Part shown: positions 27,325 through 38,081 of the stretch, in pieces
Layout: each line of letters begins with the position of its first letter
How positions within the stretch are numbered: the stretch's first letter is position 1
Position numbers and translations under genes: made by a program
The notes under the pieces: generated by a model
What the model was told of the DNA's origin: nothing
The model's database searches: none
Seen by the model: the letters and a program-made list of their open reading frames with translations, nothing else
Source of the DNA: an uncultured Gammaproteobacteria bacterium
Lineage (GTDB): Bacteria; Patescibacteriota; Microgenomatia; Levybacterales; JACOYD01
Length of the DNA stretch: 64,000 bases
Assembly (NCBI GenBank): GCA_964445095.1
Contig: CAYUJR010000002.1
Coordinates: 5,176 to 69,175, forward strand
Direction: 5' to 3'

Positions 27325-28374
27325 ATGAAGATTCTAATAACCGGTGGACATTTAGCGCCTTTACTGGCAGTATTGGAGGAGTTACCTAAAGAAGCTCAAG
27401 TGCTGTTGGTGGGTAGAAAACATGCTTTTGAGGGAGATAAAAGTCTTTCTTTAGAATTTCAAATAACTAGGAAGCTCAAAATTCCTTTTCAGGAAATTAC
27501 CACCGGCAGGCTGCAGCGGACATTCACCAAATATACAATTCAATCATTGCTCAAATTTCCCTGGGGTTTTTGGCAAGCCTGGGGAATAATTAAAAAATAT
27601 CAACCCGACGTCATTCTTTCTTTCGGCGGCTATATTTCTCTGCCGGTGGTATTAGCAGGAGCAATACTGCGAATACCAATCGTAGTGCATGAACAGACGC
27701 TTAGTGCGGGTTTGGCTAACAAAATCGCCTCACTTTGGGCCCATAAGATATGCATTTCCTGGGAGGAAAGCAAAAAATATTTTCCAACTGCAAAAACAGT
27801 TTTAATCGGTAATCCGGTTAGAAGTTTTAAAATTGACAAACTCCCCTTTAAAATTTCCGACGAGGCTCTACCCCTGCTCTATATTACCGGTGGAAGTACA
27901 GGCTCACACGCTTTAAATAACCTCGTTGCTAAAAACCTGGAGAAGCTGGTGACAAAATTTCGCATTATTCATCAAATTGGAGGCAGTTGGGATTTTAAAT
28001 CAAGAAAGAGATATTTATCTATAAAATTTATTAATCCATCGGATGTGGGGATAATTATTAGCAGAGCAGATTTGATAATTAGTCGAGCGGGGATTAATAC
28101 CATTAGCGAGTTGCTGTTCTTTAAAAAACCCGCTCTGCTGCTTCCCCTCAATAAAGAACAAATAGAAAATGCCTTATTTTTTAAAAAATTAGGACTGGGA
28201 GAAATTTTAGCGGGAGGAAATATTTCCAGTAAAGACTTTTATAATGCTATCATTCTAATGATGGAAAACTATAATAAATATAAAATAAATAAAAATGTGA
28301 CAGAACTAATCCGATCGGATGCCAGTAAAAATTTAGTTGCTATTATTTATGAAGTCTGTAAGCAGAAATATTAA
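27325..28374 (+). CDS. murG: Lipid II GlcNAc transferase
   Basis: TGGH..P, FGGY.S.P, HEQ, GLAN, GNPVR, GGSTG, SRAG. Confidence 0.93.
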   Translation: MKILITGGHLAPLLAVLEELPKEAQVLLVGRKHAFEGDKSLSLEFQITRKLKIPFQEITTGRLQRTFTKYTIQSLLKFPWGFWQAWGIIKKYQPDVILSFGGYISLPVVLAGAILRIPIVVHEQTLSAGLANKIASLWAHKICISWEESKKYFPTAKTVLIGNPVRSFKIDKLPFKISDEALPLLYITGGSTGSHALNNLVAKNLEKLVTKFRIIHQIGGSWDFKSRKRYLSIKFINPSDVGIIISRADLIISRAGINTISELLFFKKPALLLPLNKEQIENALFFKKLGLGEILAGGNISSKDFYNAIILMMENYNKYKINKNVTELIRSDASKNLVAIIYEVCKQKY

Positions 28375-28756
28375 TGGTAAATCAAGAAGGCGCCTATTTA
28401 TAGCGATAGCTCTGGTAATTATTTTTTTGACGCTTACGGCTGTAGGTTTTTTAAAAAATTGGAGCTTACCGTCTTTTTCCAGCGAAACAGTCACGCCGCT
28501 ACCCGCAATTGATCCGATTAATCAATTAACCAATTTGCTGTCGGAAAAAAATATCCCGGTTAGCTTTCCCCTGATAGCCACCGGTTCCGGAATTTTAGCT
28601 CGACTGACAGATGGAGGCGAAGTTTATCTATCAATTAATAAAGATTTTACTTCCCAAGTTGAGACTTTACAGATAATGTTGGCTCGTTTTAAAATAGAAG
28701 GCAAACAAATGAAAAAAATAGATCTTCGCTGGGCACAGCCAATTGTGGTATACTAA
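28349..28756 (+). CDS. FtsQ/DivIB-like truncated divisome protein
   Basis: One TM, C-terminal IDLRW..P.V motif, position between murG and ftsA. Confidence 0.6.
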   Translation: MKSVSRNINGKSRRRLFIAIALVIIFLTLTAVGFLKNWSLPSFSSETVTPLPAIDPINQLTNLLSEKNIPVSFPLIATGSGILARLTDGGEVYLSINKDFTSQVETLQIMLARFKIEGKQMKKIDLRWAQPIVVY

Positions 28757-28761
28757 AAAAG

Positions 28762-30078
28762 ATGACTAAACCTACGCAAATTGTGGTGGGGATAGACGTG
28801 GGCACAAGTAAGATTGTGACTATGGTAGCTGGTTTTACCTCTGATAATGCTCCTTGGGTCAATGTTCTAGGAGTTGCCAGCGCCCCTGCAGACGGCATAA
28901 AAAGCGGACAAATTGTCGATATCAATAGTGCGGTGACTGTTATTAATGCGTCTCTTGAGGCAGCCGAGAGAATGGCCGGACACTCTGCTTCTCATGCAGT
29001 AGTTTCTATCAGCGGCAAGCACATAGAAAGTCAAAATTCACGGGGGGTAGTGGCAGTGTCTAGCCCAGAGCGAGAAATTTCTCAAAATGATATTACCAGG
29101 GTTTTGGAAGCGGCCAAAGCCATCTCTCTTCCCACCGCCCGAGAGGTTATCCATGTTATTCCCAGAATGTTTATTGTTGATGGCCAGGAGGGTATTAAAG
29201 ACCCAATTGGCATGACTGGAGTGAGACTAGAAGTTGATACTCATATTGTCAGCGCCAACTCCACCGCTCTTAATAACTTGGTTAAAGCTATCGAAGAGGT
29301 TGGGGTGGACGTGGATGATGTTATTTTTAGCGGTTACGGCTCAAGTCTGGCAGTGTTATCTCCTACCGAAAAAGATTTGGGAGTGGTGCTAGTAGATATC
29401 GGAGCAGGTACTACCGATATCTGTATTTTTATCGAAGGATCACTTTCTTACTCAAGCGTGTTGCCAATTGGGGCCCGTCATATCAGCAATGACTTGGCTA
29501 TTGGGCTGCGAATATCTTTTGAGTCGGCAGAAAAGATAAAATTATTTTTAACTCCTAAAAAGTCAAAAACAGTTTTAACTCCAGAAGATCCGGCAGAAAA
29601 AGAAGAAAAAACTATCAAAGAAGGAGACGAAATTGATTTAGCAGCGCTTGGGATGGCAGAAGAGATTAGAAAAGTTTCCAAGAAAACTTTAATTGAGGGA
29701 ATTATTAAACCTAGACTCAACGAAATTTTTACCATGGTGGGACTGGAAATCAAAAAAAGCGGTTTTGGAGGTCAAACCCCATCCGGGGTGGTGTTAACCG
29801 GAGGCGGAGCGCTGACCGTAGGTGCGCCAGAGGCTGCCAAGAAGATGTTGTCTATGCCGGTGCGGGTAGCTGTCCCGCAAGAGATGAACGGTTTAATTGA
29901 TGAGATAGAACATCCCAGTTTTGCTACCGCCGTGGGGTTGGTCAAATATGCCGGTATGGAGATTGATGAGCAAGCCGGTCTGCCCTTTGGCCTAGCCATG
30001 CCCAAAATTCCCTTTAACTTTCCCATGAAAAAGAGCTTTGGCAAAGTGATCGATTTTCTAAAATCCTTCCTACCATAA
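28762..30078 (+). CDS. ftsA: Cell division protein FtsA
   Basis: GIDVGTSK, P.GMTGVRLE, DIGAGTTD, LTGGGA, ATAVGL, amphipathic C-terminus. Confidence 0.97.
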   Translation: MTKPTQIVVGIDVGTSKIVTMVAGFTSDNAPWVNVLGVASAPADGIKSGQIVDINSAVTVINASLEAAERMAGHSASHAVVSISGKHIESQNSRGVVAVSSPEREISQNDITRVLEAAKAISLPTAREVIHVIPRMFIVDGQEGIKDPIGMTGVRLEVDTHIVSANSTALNNLVKAIEEVGVDVDDVIFSGYGSSLAVLSPTEKDLGVVLVDIGAGTTDICIFIEGSLSYSSVLPIGARHISNDLAIGLRISFESAEKIKLFLTPKKSKTVLTPEDPAEKEEKTIKEGDEIDLAALGMAEEIRKVSKKTLIEGIIKPRLNEIFTMVGLEIKKSGFGGQTPSGVVLTGGGALTVGAPEAAKKMLSMPVRVAVPQEMNGLIDEIEHPSFATAVGLVKYAGMEIDEQAGLPFGLAMPKIPFNFPMKKSFGKVIDFLKSFLP

Positions 30079-30121
30079 AAATTTTTATGGGGTTGCAAAG
30101 ATAAAAAACTTGTGGTAGGAT
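30073..30121 (+). promoter_or_regulatory. ftsZ promoter preceded by perfect 18-bp palindrome
   Basis: CCATAAAAATTTTTATGG (30073-30090); TTGCAA-17-TAGGAT (30093-30121). Confidence 0.5.
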
Positions 30122-30130
30122 GCGGGCAAG

Positions 30131-31228
30131 ATGCTGATTCGTCCTCAAACTCCCAATTTTGCCAAAATCCGCGTCATCGGAATTGGCGGCGGCGGCAATA
30201 ATGCCGTTACCTCGATGATTACCGTTAATCAAATCCAAGGAATTGAGTTTGTGACAGTAAATACCGATGCCCAAGCTCTCCTTATGTCTCAAGCCGCTAC
30301 TAAAGTACAAATTGGGGAAAACTTGACTAAAGGATTAGGCAGTGGCGGGGATCCCGAAATTGGACAAAAAGCAGCCGAGGAATCTGGAGAAAAATTAAAA
30401 GACCTAATTGCCGGTTCAGACATGGTTTTCTTGACTGCGGGGTTTGGTGGCGGTACCGGAACGGGAGCTACTCCAGTAATTGCCAAAATCGCCAAAGATG
30501 GGGGAGCGCTGACGGTGGCGGTCATTACCAAACCCTTTACTTTTGAGGGGACCAGACGCATGGTGGCGGCAGAAGAAGGTATAGAGAATTTAAAAGATAA
30601 AGTTGATACGTTAATTGTCATACCTAATCAGAGAATTCTAGATGTGGTAGACAAAAAAGTTTCATTGATAGAGGCCTTCCGAGTGGCCGATTCGGTGCTT
30701 GGGCAAGGGGTGCAGGGAATTTCTGACCTTATTACCATGCCGGGATTGGTCAACGTGGATTTTGCCGATGTCAGAACTATTATGAAAGATGCCGGTTCGG
30801 CTCTAATGGGAATTGGTACCGGCGTGGGAGAAAATAGAGCTCAAACTGCCGCCCGGAGCGCCATCGCTTCTCCTTTGCTGGAAGTCTCAATAGAAGGAGC
30901 TCGGGGAGTGTTATTTAATATTATCGGCGGACCGGATCTGACCATGAATGAAGTTGATGAAGCGGCCCGAATTATTTCAGAGAGTGCCGATCCCGATGCC
31001 AATATTATTTTTGGGACTACCATTGATGACACCATGCACGATCAGATAAAAATTACAGTGATTGCCACCGGTTTTGATCAGGCTAGGCAGCGACTAAAAG
31101 ATTTGTCTAAGCCTCTTGAAGCAACCAGAGTCCCCCAACCGCCAACATCAGTCGCTGAAGAAGAGATTGTTAAAAAGGAAGAAGAAGACATTTTCGACAT
31201 CCCAGCCTTCTTAAGACAGAGGAATTAA
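30131..31228 (+). CDS. ftsZ: Cell division protein FtsZ
   Basis: [36 protein letters not shown] tail. Confidence 0.99.
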   Translation: MLIRPQTPNFAKIRVIGIGGGGNNAVTSMITVNQIQGIEFVTVNTDAQALLMSQAATKVQIGENLTKGLGSGGDPEIGQKAAEESGEKLKDLIAGSDMVFLTAGFGGGTGTGATPVIAKIAKDGGALTVAVITKPFTFEGTRRMVAAEEGIENLKDKVDTLIVIPNQRILDVVDKKVSLIEAFRVADSVLGQGVQGISDLITMPGLVNVDFADVRTIMKDAGSALMGIGTGVGENRAQTAARSAIASPLLEVSIEGARGVLFNIIGGPDLTMNEVDEAARIISESADPDANIIFGTTIDDTMHDQIKITVIATGFDQARQRLKDLSKPLEATRVPQPPTSVAEEEIVKKEEEDIFDIPAFLRQRN

Positions 31229-31256
31229 ATAGCCTGCTGATATAGTCTCTGTTATA

Positions 31257-31856
31257 ATGCCGCTTATGTATATTTACTTTGAAGATTGGAGTGCTTTTAA
31301 GTGGATGCTTGGGGGAAAGGGTGTACCTAGAAGATTTATTGCAGATAGATTTATTAAGGCTATTGCTTCGGAAACTCACCCGCAAGACTTGGGATATAGC
31401 GGTGTGGTTTTGGAGTATGATGCAAATCCATTTAGGGCTGATTCGACATATGTAATTGGACCATCTGATAGCACGTTTACTTATAATGGACAAGAACTGG
31501 AAGAACAAATAGCAGCTTTAAGTTTAACGTATAATGAGAAAAACAGATTTCGGGCACTACTGCGTTTTGGATTCGATCAAAGATTAAAGTATGTTGAACA
31601 GGCAGTAACCACTGTAATTGGAGGAAGGCGATTAAAAGACCATCCGGTAGATACAGTAGATGTTCATTTAGATAAACGAACAGGTAGTAGGTTGCCGCAT
31701 TTTGATTTTTTTACAGAAGGAACTTTGGATAGGCTTAATAGAATAATAGGTTTTAGAGATAGGGAAAATATTTTGTTTTCTCCCCGTGAAGGTAGATTTT
31801 TTAGACAAGGAACTCCTCGAGCGCGGTTAGAAGGAAATAACATAATAAGAAGATAG
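31257..31856 (+). CDS. Hypothetical protein
   Basis: 199-codon ORF, no motif recognised. Confidence 0.55.
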   Translation: MPLMYIYFEDWSAFKWMLGGKGVPRRFIADRFIKAIASETHPQDLGYSGVVLEYDANPFRADSTYVIGPSDSTFTYNGQELEEQIAALSLTYNEKNRFRALLRFGFDQRLKYVEQAVTTVIGGRRLKDHPVDTVDVHLDKRTGSRLPHFDFFTEGTLDRLNRIIGFRDRENILFSPREGRFFRQGTPRARLEGNNIIRR

Positions 31857-31880
31857 ATTTTTTTCTTAGCAATGAATAAC

Positions 31881-32666
31881 AAGGTCGGACCTTATGTCAA
31901 GGTCCGACCTTAATAATCTAAACTTTAATAACATAACGTACTCACAATTCATCTTCCAGAATTAATTCGCCAAGTAGCTCTGTTGATTCTTGACTATAGT
32001 CTTCAACAAAGCTCTGATAAGATAGAACATCTTTTAAGCCTTTTAGTTGGGCATTACGGAAATAGCCAAGAATTTCCTGCGGTTTAATCCAGCTTGCTTC
32101 TTTCTTACCTAAATAATAGTGGTAACTTGAAAAATCTATAAAATCGATTGATGGACTAGAGATATTAATTGGATTAAGGTGGATGTATCGTGAAAGGTGA
32201 AGAAGATAAGATTCGGTTTCAATAAGCGCGGCTTTATATTTATTTTGAAAAAGAGAACCCACGCGTTGATATTTCTTATTGAAGTACATAGCGTAGCTAG
32301 TTAATACACGCCTCGTGAGTTTTATAATCCCATCTATAGTATGCTGTTTTATTTGTAAATGAATATGATTTGGCATAAGAGAAAACGCAAGAAGGTCTAC
32401 CTCGGATGATAAGTTTAATCTAATGAATCTTCTAAGACGCATATGAAGATCTGCTTGTTGTTTGATTTCTTCAACAGGAGAAAGATACAGCTTTAAATAA
32501 TAGAGGAATGTTGCGCAATCTTGCTTATCTATGAAGATTTGCCGTTTTTCTACGCCACGATTATAGATGTGATAATATCCATTCTCAACATATGTCTTAA
32601 CAGTATTTTTAGCAGGCATATCTTTATATTAATTAAGGTCGGACCTTATGTCAAGGTCCGACCTTA
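31881..32666 (-). mobile_element. REP-associated tyrosine transposase (RAYT) unit with identical 32-bp palindromic ends
   Basis: AAGGTCGGACCTT-ATGTC-AAGGTCCGACCTTA at 31881-31912 and 32635-32666 flanking a Y1 transposase. Confidence 0.88.
31942..32619 (-). CDS. Y1/HUH tyrosine transposase (RAYT family)
   Basis: YHIYNRG, LMPNHIHL (HUH), Y..YFN.KY.R.G.LFQ, RYIHLNP, SSY. Confidence 0.93.
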   Translation of the reverse strand: MPAKNTVKTYVENGYYHIYNRGVEKRQIFIDKQDCATFLYYLKLYLSPVEEIKQQADLHMRLRRFIRLNLSSEVDLLAFSLMPNHIHLQIKQHTIDGIIKLTRRVLTSYAMYFNKKYQRVGSLFQNKYKAALIETESYLLHLSRYIHLNPINISSPSIDFIDFSSYHYYLGKKEASWIKPQEILGYFRNAQLKGLKDVLSYQSFVEDYSQESTELLGELILEDEL

Positions 32667-32717
32667 TTTGTTTGGCGGCTTGCGGGTTAGTTCGGTTTCT
32701 ATTACAATATAGTTTGT

Positions 32718-35534
32718 ATGTTTAAACCGGTGACGCCGCAAGTTGATTTTCCCAAGCTGGAAGAAGAAATACTGCAGTATTGGAAGAAAAATAAGATTTT
32801 TGAGAAATCACTTGCCAAAGATACTCCCAAAGGTAACTGGACTTTTTTAGATGGGCCGCCGTTTATTACCGGCCTTCCTCATTACGGCAGTCTTCTTTCA
32901 AGTATCCCCAAAGATTTATTTCCTCGTTACAAAACCATGCAAGGTTATCGAGTTAGACGAGTTTGGGGATGGGATTGCCATGGATTACCGGCCGAAAATA
33001 AAGTAGAGCAGGAACTGGGAATAAAAAGAAAGAGAGATATTGAAGAAAAAATTGGTATTAAAAAGTTTATCGAGTCCTGCAAGCTTTATGTTAAAAATGT
33101 TTCTTCCGAATGGCAATGGTACGTTAATCATGTGGGGAGATGGGTGGATTTTGAGAATGCTTATAAAACCATGGACTTATCATACATGGAAACGGTGATG
33201 TGGGTATTTAAGCAGATGTACGACAAAGGATTTATCTACAAAGGTCTTCGAGTACTCCTCTATTGTCCACATTGTGCGACGCCAATTTCCAATTTTGAGG
33301 TAGCTATGGATGCCGATAACTTTAAGGACTTATCCGATCCGTCCACAATTTATAAATATCAGCTAGCTGGTAAGCCAAAAACATATTTACTGGCTTGGTC
33401 AACCACGCCGTGGAACAAAATTGTAACCCCGGCTCTGGCTGTAAATCCTAAACTTACATATGCAAAAGTAAAACTGGGACAGGAAAATTATATTCTAGCT
33501 AAAACCACCCTGAAAATTTTGGGAAATGAAAAATATCAAGTTGTGGAGGAGTTTGGGGGTGAAAAACTGGTTGGTCAAAAATTTGTCCCCCATTACGACT
33601 ATTACAAAATTGATAAAGGTAAAAAAGCTTTTATAGTAGTCGGCGGCGACTTTGTAACTGCGGAAGAAGGAACTGGTATCGTCACGCTAGCCGTCTACGG
33701 CGAGGAAGATTTGGCCGTCATGCAAAAGGAAAACATACATATAGAAGTCCATCTCAATGAAGAAGGAATCGTTAAAAGTGAAGTGCCGAAATTTGGCGGT
33801 CTATATTATCTTAAGGCCAATGAAGCTGTCAACGAAGATCTTAAAGAAAGAAGATTAATTTATCGGGAAGAAGATTATATTCATACAGTTCCCACCTGCT
33901 GGCGATGCGGTACTAGGCTTTATTATGCGCCGCAAAACGCTTGGTATGTTGCCGTGCAAAAATTAAAAGTCCAAATGGAGAAAACTAATGAGTTCATTAA
34001 TTGGTTTCCTGAGCACTTTAAGCACGGACGTTTCTTAAAAAGTTTACAATCTGCCCCTGACTGGAATATTTCCAGAAACCGTTATTTTGGTTCGCCTGTC
34101 CCTGTTTGGGAATGTATGTGTGGTGAGCGTTTTGTGCCGGGGTCTATCAAAGAATTGGAAGAAAGAGCTGATCAAAAGATTACAGATTTGCATAAACCAC
34201 AGATTGACGAAATTACGATTACCTGTAAGAACTGTAGTAAAAAAGTAAAACGAGTACCGGAGGTTTTGGATAGCTGGATAGAGGCAGGAAGCGCTTCATT
34301 CGCCGAGCGCCACTTTCCATTTGAGAAGAAAATAAGATTGTCAGAATTTTTTCCGCCTGATTTTATTGTAGAATATACAGGGCAAATTCGTGCCTGGTTT
34401 TATGTTTTACATGTGATTGCCGCGGCTCTTTTAGACTCACATGCCTTTAAAAATGTTATTGTAACGGGTGTTATTTTGGGAACAGACGGAAGAAAGATGA
34501 GTAAAAACTACGGTAACTATCCGGATCCTCGGGAAATGCTTGGGAAATATGGCGGAGATGCGCTGCGTTTATATCTGATGGGTAGCCCGGTTATGAAAGG
34601 CGAGGATATTCTTATTTCGGAGGAACAATACAGAAATCAAGTACGAGGATTACTTTTAATTCTTTGGAATGTATACAATTTCTTTGTAGTTAATGCCAAT
34701 GCTGATAAATGGATACCGCCTTCTAATAATCAAAAATTTAAACCTATTCATGTTCTTGATCAGTGGATTTTATCTCGCCTTCATGGAAACGTCAGTAATG
34801 TTACTAAGGCGCTTGAAAGATTTGATACGGTTGATGCAATAGGTCATGCGGGAATCCTTTTTATTCACGATTTGTCAAACTGGTATGTGAGAAGAATTCG
34901 CGACCGGGTTGGACCAAGCGCACCTAATAGTCAAGACAAAAAAGATGCTTATCAAACTCTGTGGCTTGTTCTTAGTGAATATTGCAAAGTGCTTGCGCCC
35001 ATAATTCCCTTCGTTACGGAAGAAATCTATAAAAATCTGACTGGAGAAGAGTCAGTTCATCTTGCAAGCTGGCCTGCACTTAATAAGTCTTTACGTGATG
35101 TTAAGCTTGAAAAAGATATGAACAACGGGATAAATTTGGCTTCGGTTATTCACTCATTTCGTAAGACGGCGACTCTTAAAGTGCGGATTCCGCTGCAAAC
35201 ACTTACCTACGAAGGTCCTCAGCAATTATCAGATGAGGCAAGAAAGGTTGTTGAGGATGAAGTTAATGTGTATAAACTTATCTATCAGGGTAAAAGTAAA
35301 GAATATACGGTTACCGGTGATACAAGCGAGAAGAACCAAGATCTAGTTGCCGGAGAGGCTAGAGAAATTATCAGGCAAATTCAGCAAGAAAGAAAAAAGT
35401 TGGGAACTCGACTTGATGAAAAGGTTGATGTGTTTTTGCCCGACTGGCCAGAAGATTTTACAGAAGTTATTAAAAGTCAGGCTTTGGTTAAAAACATTGC
35501 CAAGGGAAACGAGTTTTTTGTTAAGCGGTTATGA
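32718..35534 (+). CDS. ileS: Isoleucyl-tRNA synthetase (type 2)
   Basis: DGPPF..GLPHYG, GWDCHGLP, WSTTPW, EGTGIV, DWNISRNR, KMSK. Confidence 0.96.
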   Translation: MFKPVTPQVDFPKLEEEILQYWKKNKIFEKSLAKDTPKGNWTFLDGPPFITGLPHYGSLLSSIPKDLFPRYKTMQGYRVRRVWGWDCHGLPAENKVEQELGIKRKRDIEEKIGIKKFIESCKLYVKNVSSEWQWYVNHVGRWVDFENAYKTMDLSYMETVMWVFKQMYDKGFIYKGLRVLLYCPHCATPISNFEVAMDADNFKDLSDPSTIYKYQLAGKPKTYLLAWSTTPWNKIVTPALAVNPKLTYAKVKLGQENYILAKTTLKILGNEKYQVVEEFGGEKLVGQKFVPHYDYYKIDKGKKAFIVVGGDFVTAEEGTGIVTLAVYGEEDLAVMQKENIHIEVHLNEEGIVKSEVPKFGGLYYLKANEAVNEDLKERRLIYREEDYIHTVPTCWRCGTRLYYAPQNAWYVAVQKLKVQMEKTNEFINWFPEHFKHGRFLKSLQSAPDWNISRNRYFGSPVPVWECMCGERFVPGSIKELEERADQKITDLHKPQIDEITITCKNCSKKVKRVPEVLDSWIEAGSASFAERHFPFEKKIRLSEFFPPDFIVEYTGQIRAWFYVLHVIAAALLDSHAFKNVIVTGVILGTDGRKMSKNYGNYPDPREMLGKYGGDALRLYLMGSPVMKGEDILISEEQYRNQVRGLLLILWNVYNFFVVNANADKWIPPSNNQKFKPIHVLDQWILSRLHGNVSNVTKALERFDTVDAIGHAGILFIHDLSNWYVRRIRDRVGPSAPNSQDKKDAYQTLWLVLSEYCKVLAPIIPFVTEEIYKNLTGEESVHLASWPALNKSLRDVKLEKDMNNGINLASVIHSFRKTATLKVRIPLQTLTYEGPQQLSDEARKVVEDEVNVYKLIYQGKSKEYTVTGDTSEKNQDLVAGEAREIIRQIQQERKKLGTRLDEKVDVFLPDWPEDFTEVIKSQALVKNIAKGNEFFVKRL

Positions 35535-36601
35535 GTCGAGTTTTAAAGTTTGACCTATTAATTCCCATTTTTATTCTCATCTTTTTTAGTCTAACGACTC
35601 TAGTTTCGCTTGATTTTGCTCTTTTTAGAAACCAACTAATCTTTACTTTTCTTGGCTTAATAGTTTTTTTCACCCTTTCTTTGATAGATTATAGAGTCCT
35701 TAAAAAATTAGCAAGTCCTATATTAATTTTTTCTTTAATTGCTCTTTATCTAGTTTTACTGATAGGAATTGAAGCTAGGGGGGCTACGCGGTGGCTCGCG
35801 ATAGGAGGATTGCGTCTTCAATTATCAGAAATTCTTAAGCCCTTTTTGCTGGTTAGCTTTGCCTCTTTTTTAATTCGTCAAAAACTTTTCTTCATGGCGT
35901 TTTTAGCGACTCTAGTAGTTATCGGCCTAGTTGTTCTGCCGATATTTTTTCAACCTGACCTAGGGAACACTTTGGTTTATATTTTTACCGCAGTCATTAT
36001 CTTTATTTTTTATGGGGTGCCTATTATTTGGTTTATGGCGCCCACTCTTGTTTTAGCTATCGCTTCACCAATTTTATGGCAGATATTACGCGACTATCAA
36101 AGAGAGAGGATTATATCTTTTATCAATCCAACTCTTGACCCCCAAGGCATTTCTTATAATTTAATTCAATCTGTGATAGCGATAGGCGGAGGACAATTTT
36201 TTGGCAAAGGATTAGGGCACGGCACACAATCTTTGCTGAAATTTCTACCCGAACGTCATACGGATTTTATTTTTAGCACAATTGCTGAAAATTTTGGTTT
36301 TGTGGGTGCCGTTATTGTAATTGCGGCATTCGTTTTTCTATTGTTTAGAATATATGATGCTTTAAATAAAGTTGATGACCAGTTTGGTAAGCTGATTTGC
36401 GGGGGCGTTTTCTCCTTTTTATTAGTACATTTTATTATTAATATAGGAGGTAATTTGGGAGTTTTACCGATTACCGGTATAACACTGCCTCTGGTTTCTT
36501 ATGGCGGAAGCTCCCTCTTGTCCACATTTATACTACTGGGGCTGGTTAGCTCTATAGCTAATTTGACAGCAAGAAGCCCTCAAGTACTGGAAATTCGCTA
36601 G
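35531..36601 (+). CDS. rodA: SEDS protein RodA
   Basis: GATRW, QPDLG, YQRERI, GTQS.L.FLPE.HTDFIF, GITLPLVSYGGSS. Confidence 0.9.
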   Translation: MSRVLKFDLLIPIFILIFFSLTTLVSLDFALFRNQLIFTFLGLIVFFTLSLIDYRVLKKLASPILIFSLIALYLVLLIGIEARGATRWLAIGGLRLQLSEILKPFLLVSFASFLIRQKLFFMAFLATLVVIGLVVLPIFFQPDLGNTLVYIFTAVIIFIFYGVPIIWFMAPTLVLAIASPILWQILRDYQRERIISFINPTLDPQGISYNLIQSVIAIGGGQFFGKGLGHGTQSLLKFLPERHTDFIFSTIAENFGFVGAVIVIAAFVFLLFRIYDALNKVDDQFGKLICGGVFSFLLVHFIINIGGNLGVLPITGITLPLVSYGGSSLLSTFILLGLVSSIANLTARSPQVLEIR

Positions 36602-36625
36602 TTTTTCTGCTACAATTCATAAAAT

Positions 36626-36940
36626 ATGGATTACGCAGTCATCAAAACCGGTGGAAAACAGTATAAAGTCAGTGAGGGAGAAACGATTGAAGTAGATAAG
36701 TTAGCTGCTAGTAAAGATGGCGTGGTAAATTTTGACCAGGTCTTATTGGTAGTAAGAGAAAACAAAATAGAGATCGGCACTCCGACTGTGGCTGATGTGA
36801 CTGTTAAGGCTAAAGTGCTGGAACAGAAAAAAGGAGAAAAAATAAGAGTAGCCAAATTTAAATCTAAAGTCCGTTATCGCCGCGTCATGGGCTTCCGGTC
36901 ACTACTAACAAAAGTTAAAATTGAAAAAATCGGAAAGTGA
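36626..36940 (+). CDS. rplU: 50S ribosomal protein L21
   Basis: YAVIKTGGKQYKV. Confidence 0.98.
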   Translation: MDYAVIKTGGKQYKVSEGETIEVDKLAASKDGVVNFDQVLLVVRENKIEIGTPTVADVTVKAKVLEQKKGEKIRVAKFKSKVRYRRVMGFRSLLTKVKIEKIGK

Positions 36941-37024
36941 TATATTTTGATAGTCTTGACTTATGTGAAAAGTCCTACTAAAATATGCTAGTTTTCACAA
37001 AAGTTTCAAATTTTAAATTTCAAT

Positions 37025-37276
37025 ATGGCACATACAAAAGCACAAGCAGCCACCAAGGGCAATAGAGATTCAATCTCTAAAAGATTGGGCGTCAAACTTT
37101 TTGGCGGACAAAAGACTTTTCCTGGTAATATCATCATCAGACAACGGGGAAGCAAAGTTCATCCCGGAGAGGGCGTAAGGATGGGGCGGGATTTTACCAT
37201 TTTTGCCGTCAAGGAAGGGCAGATTAATTTTAAAACACATCGTGGACGTGCATTCGTGGAGGTCATAAATGGATAA
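37025..37276 (+). CDS. rpmA: 50S ribosomal protein L27
   Basis: [30 protein letters not shown]. Confidence 0.98.
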   Translation: MAHTKAQAATKGNRDSISKRLGVKLFGGQKTFPGNIIIRQRGSKVHPGEGVRMGRDFTIFAVKEGQINFKTHRGRAFVEVING

Positions 37277-38081
37277 GCAGGAAGAAAGAATTTTTGAAAT
37301 AGATATAAATTTACTGGAAACAAATCCTCATCAGCCGCGGGGAATTATTATTCCGGAGTCTTTAACGGAATTAGTAGATTCTATTAGAGAACAGGGGATA
37401 CTTGAGCCATTGGTGGTAGCTAAGACCCCAGCCGGCTATCAAATAATTGCCGGTGAACGGCGATGGCGGGCGGCTAGAATTGTGGGGCTCAAAAACGTGC
37501 CGGTAGTTATTAAAGAGACTTCACCGCAAGGGATGCTTGAGATGTCCATCGTAGAGAATATTCAAAGAGAAGATTTAAACCCAATAGAAAGAGCGCAAGC
37601 TTACAGAAAATTGATTGACGATTTTGGTATTACGGTAGGAGAAATAGCCACTAAAATCGGTAAAAGTGTCCCTTACGTTTCTAATACTCTAAGACTTTTG
37701 GCACTTCCTGATGCCATTAAAGATTCTCTAGCGGCAAATGTGGTAGTTGAAGGACAAGTTAGACCGCTTCTGGCACTGGGAGATCAAAAATTAATGATAG
37801 AGGCCTTTAAAATGTTGCTGCGTCGGGGAGGAACTGTGCGTATGGCTGAAGAATTAGCCAGAAAATTAAAGGATCAAATTGTAAAAACTAAGCTTACTCC
37901 TGCCTTGGGACTTTTGGGGCAAGAGCTAGAGGTATTGGAAGAAGATTTACGAAAGAAGCTAGAAGCCGATGTGAGGGTTGATCAAACCAAAAATCGTGCC
38001 CGCTTTATAATTGTTTTCCGAGGAACACCCGAAGAAACTACACAAAAAGTTAAAAAGTTTTCTCAGCTCCTACAATCTTAA
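37269..38081 (+). CDS. parB: ParB/Spo0J partition protein
   Basis: [33 protein letters not shown]. Confidence 0.93.
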   Translation: MDKQEERIFEIDINLLETNPHQPRGIIIPESLTELVDSIREQGILEPLVVAKTPAGYQIIAGERRWRAARIVGLKNVPVVIKETSPQGMLEMSIVENIQREDLNPIERAQAYRKLIDDFGITVGEIATKIGKSVPYVSNTLRLLALPDAIKDSLAANVVVEGQVRPLLALGDQKLMIEAFKMLLRRGGTVRMAEELARKLKDQIVKTKLTPALGLLGQELEVLEEDLRKKLEADVRVDQTKNRARFIIVFRGTPEETTQKVKKFSQLLQS

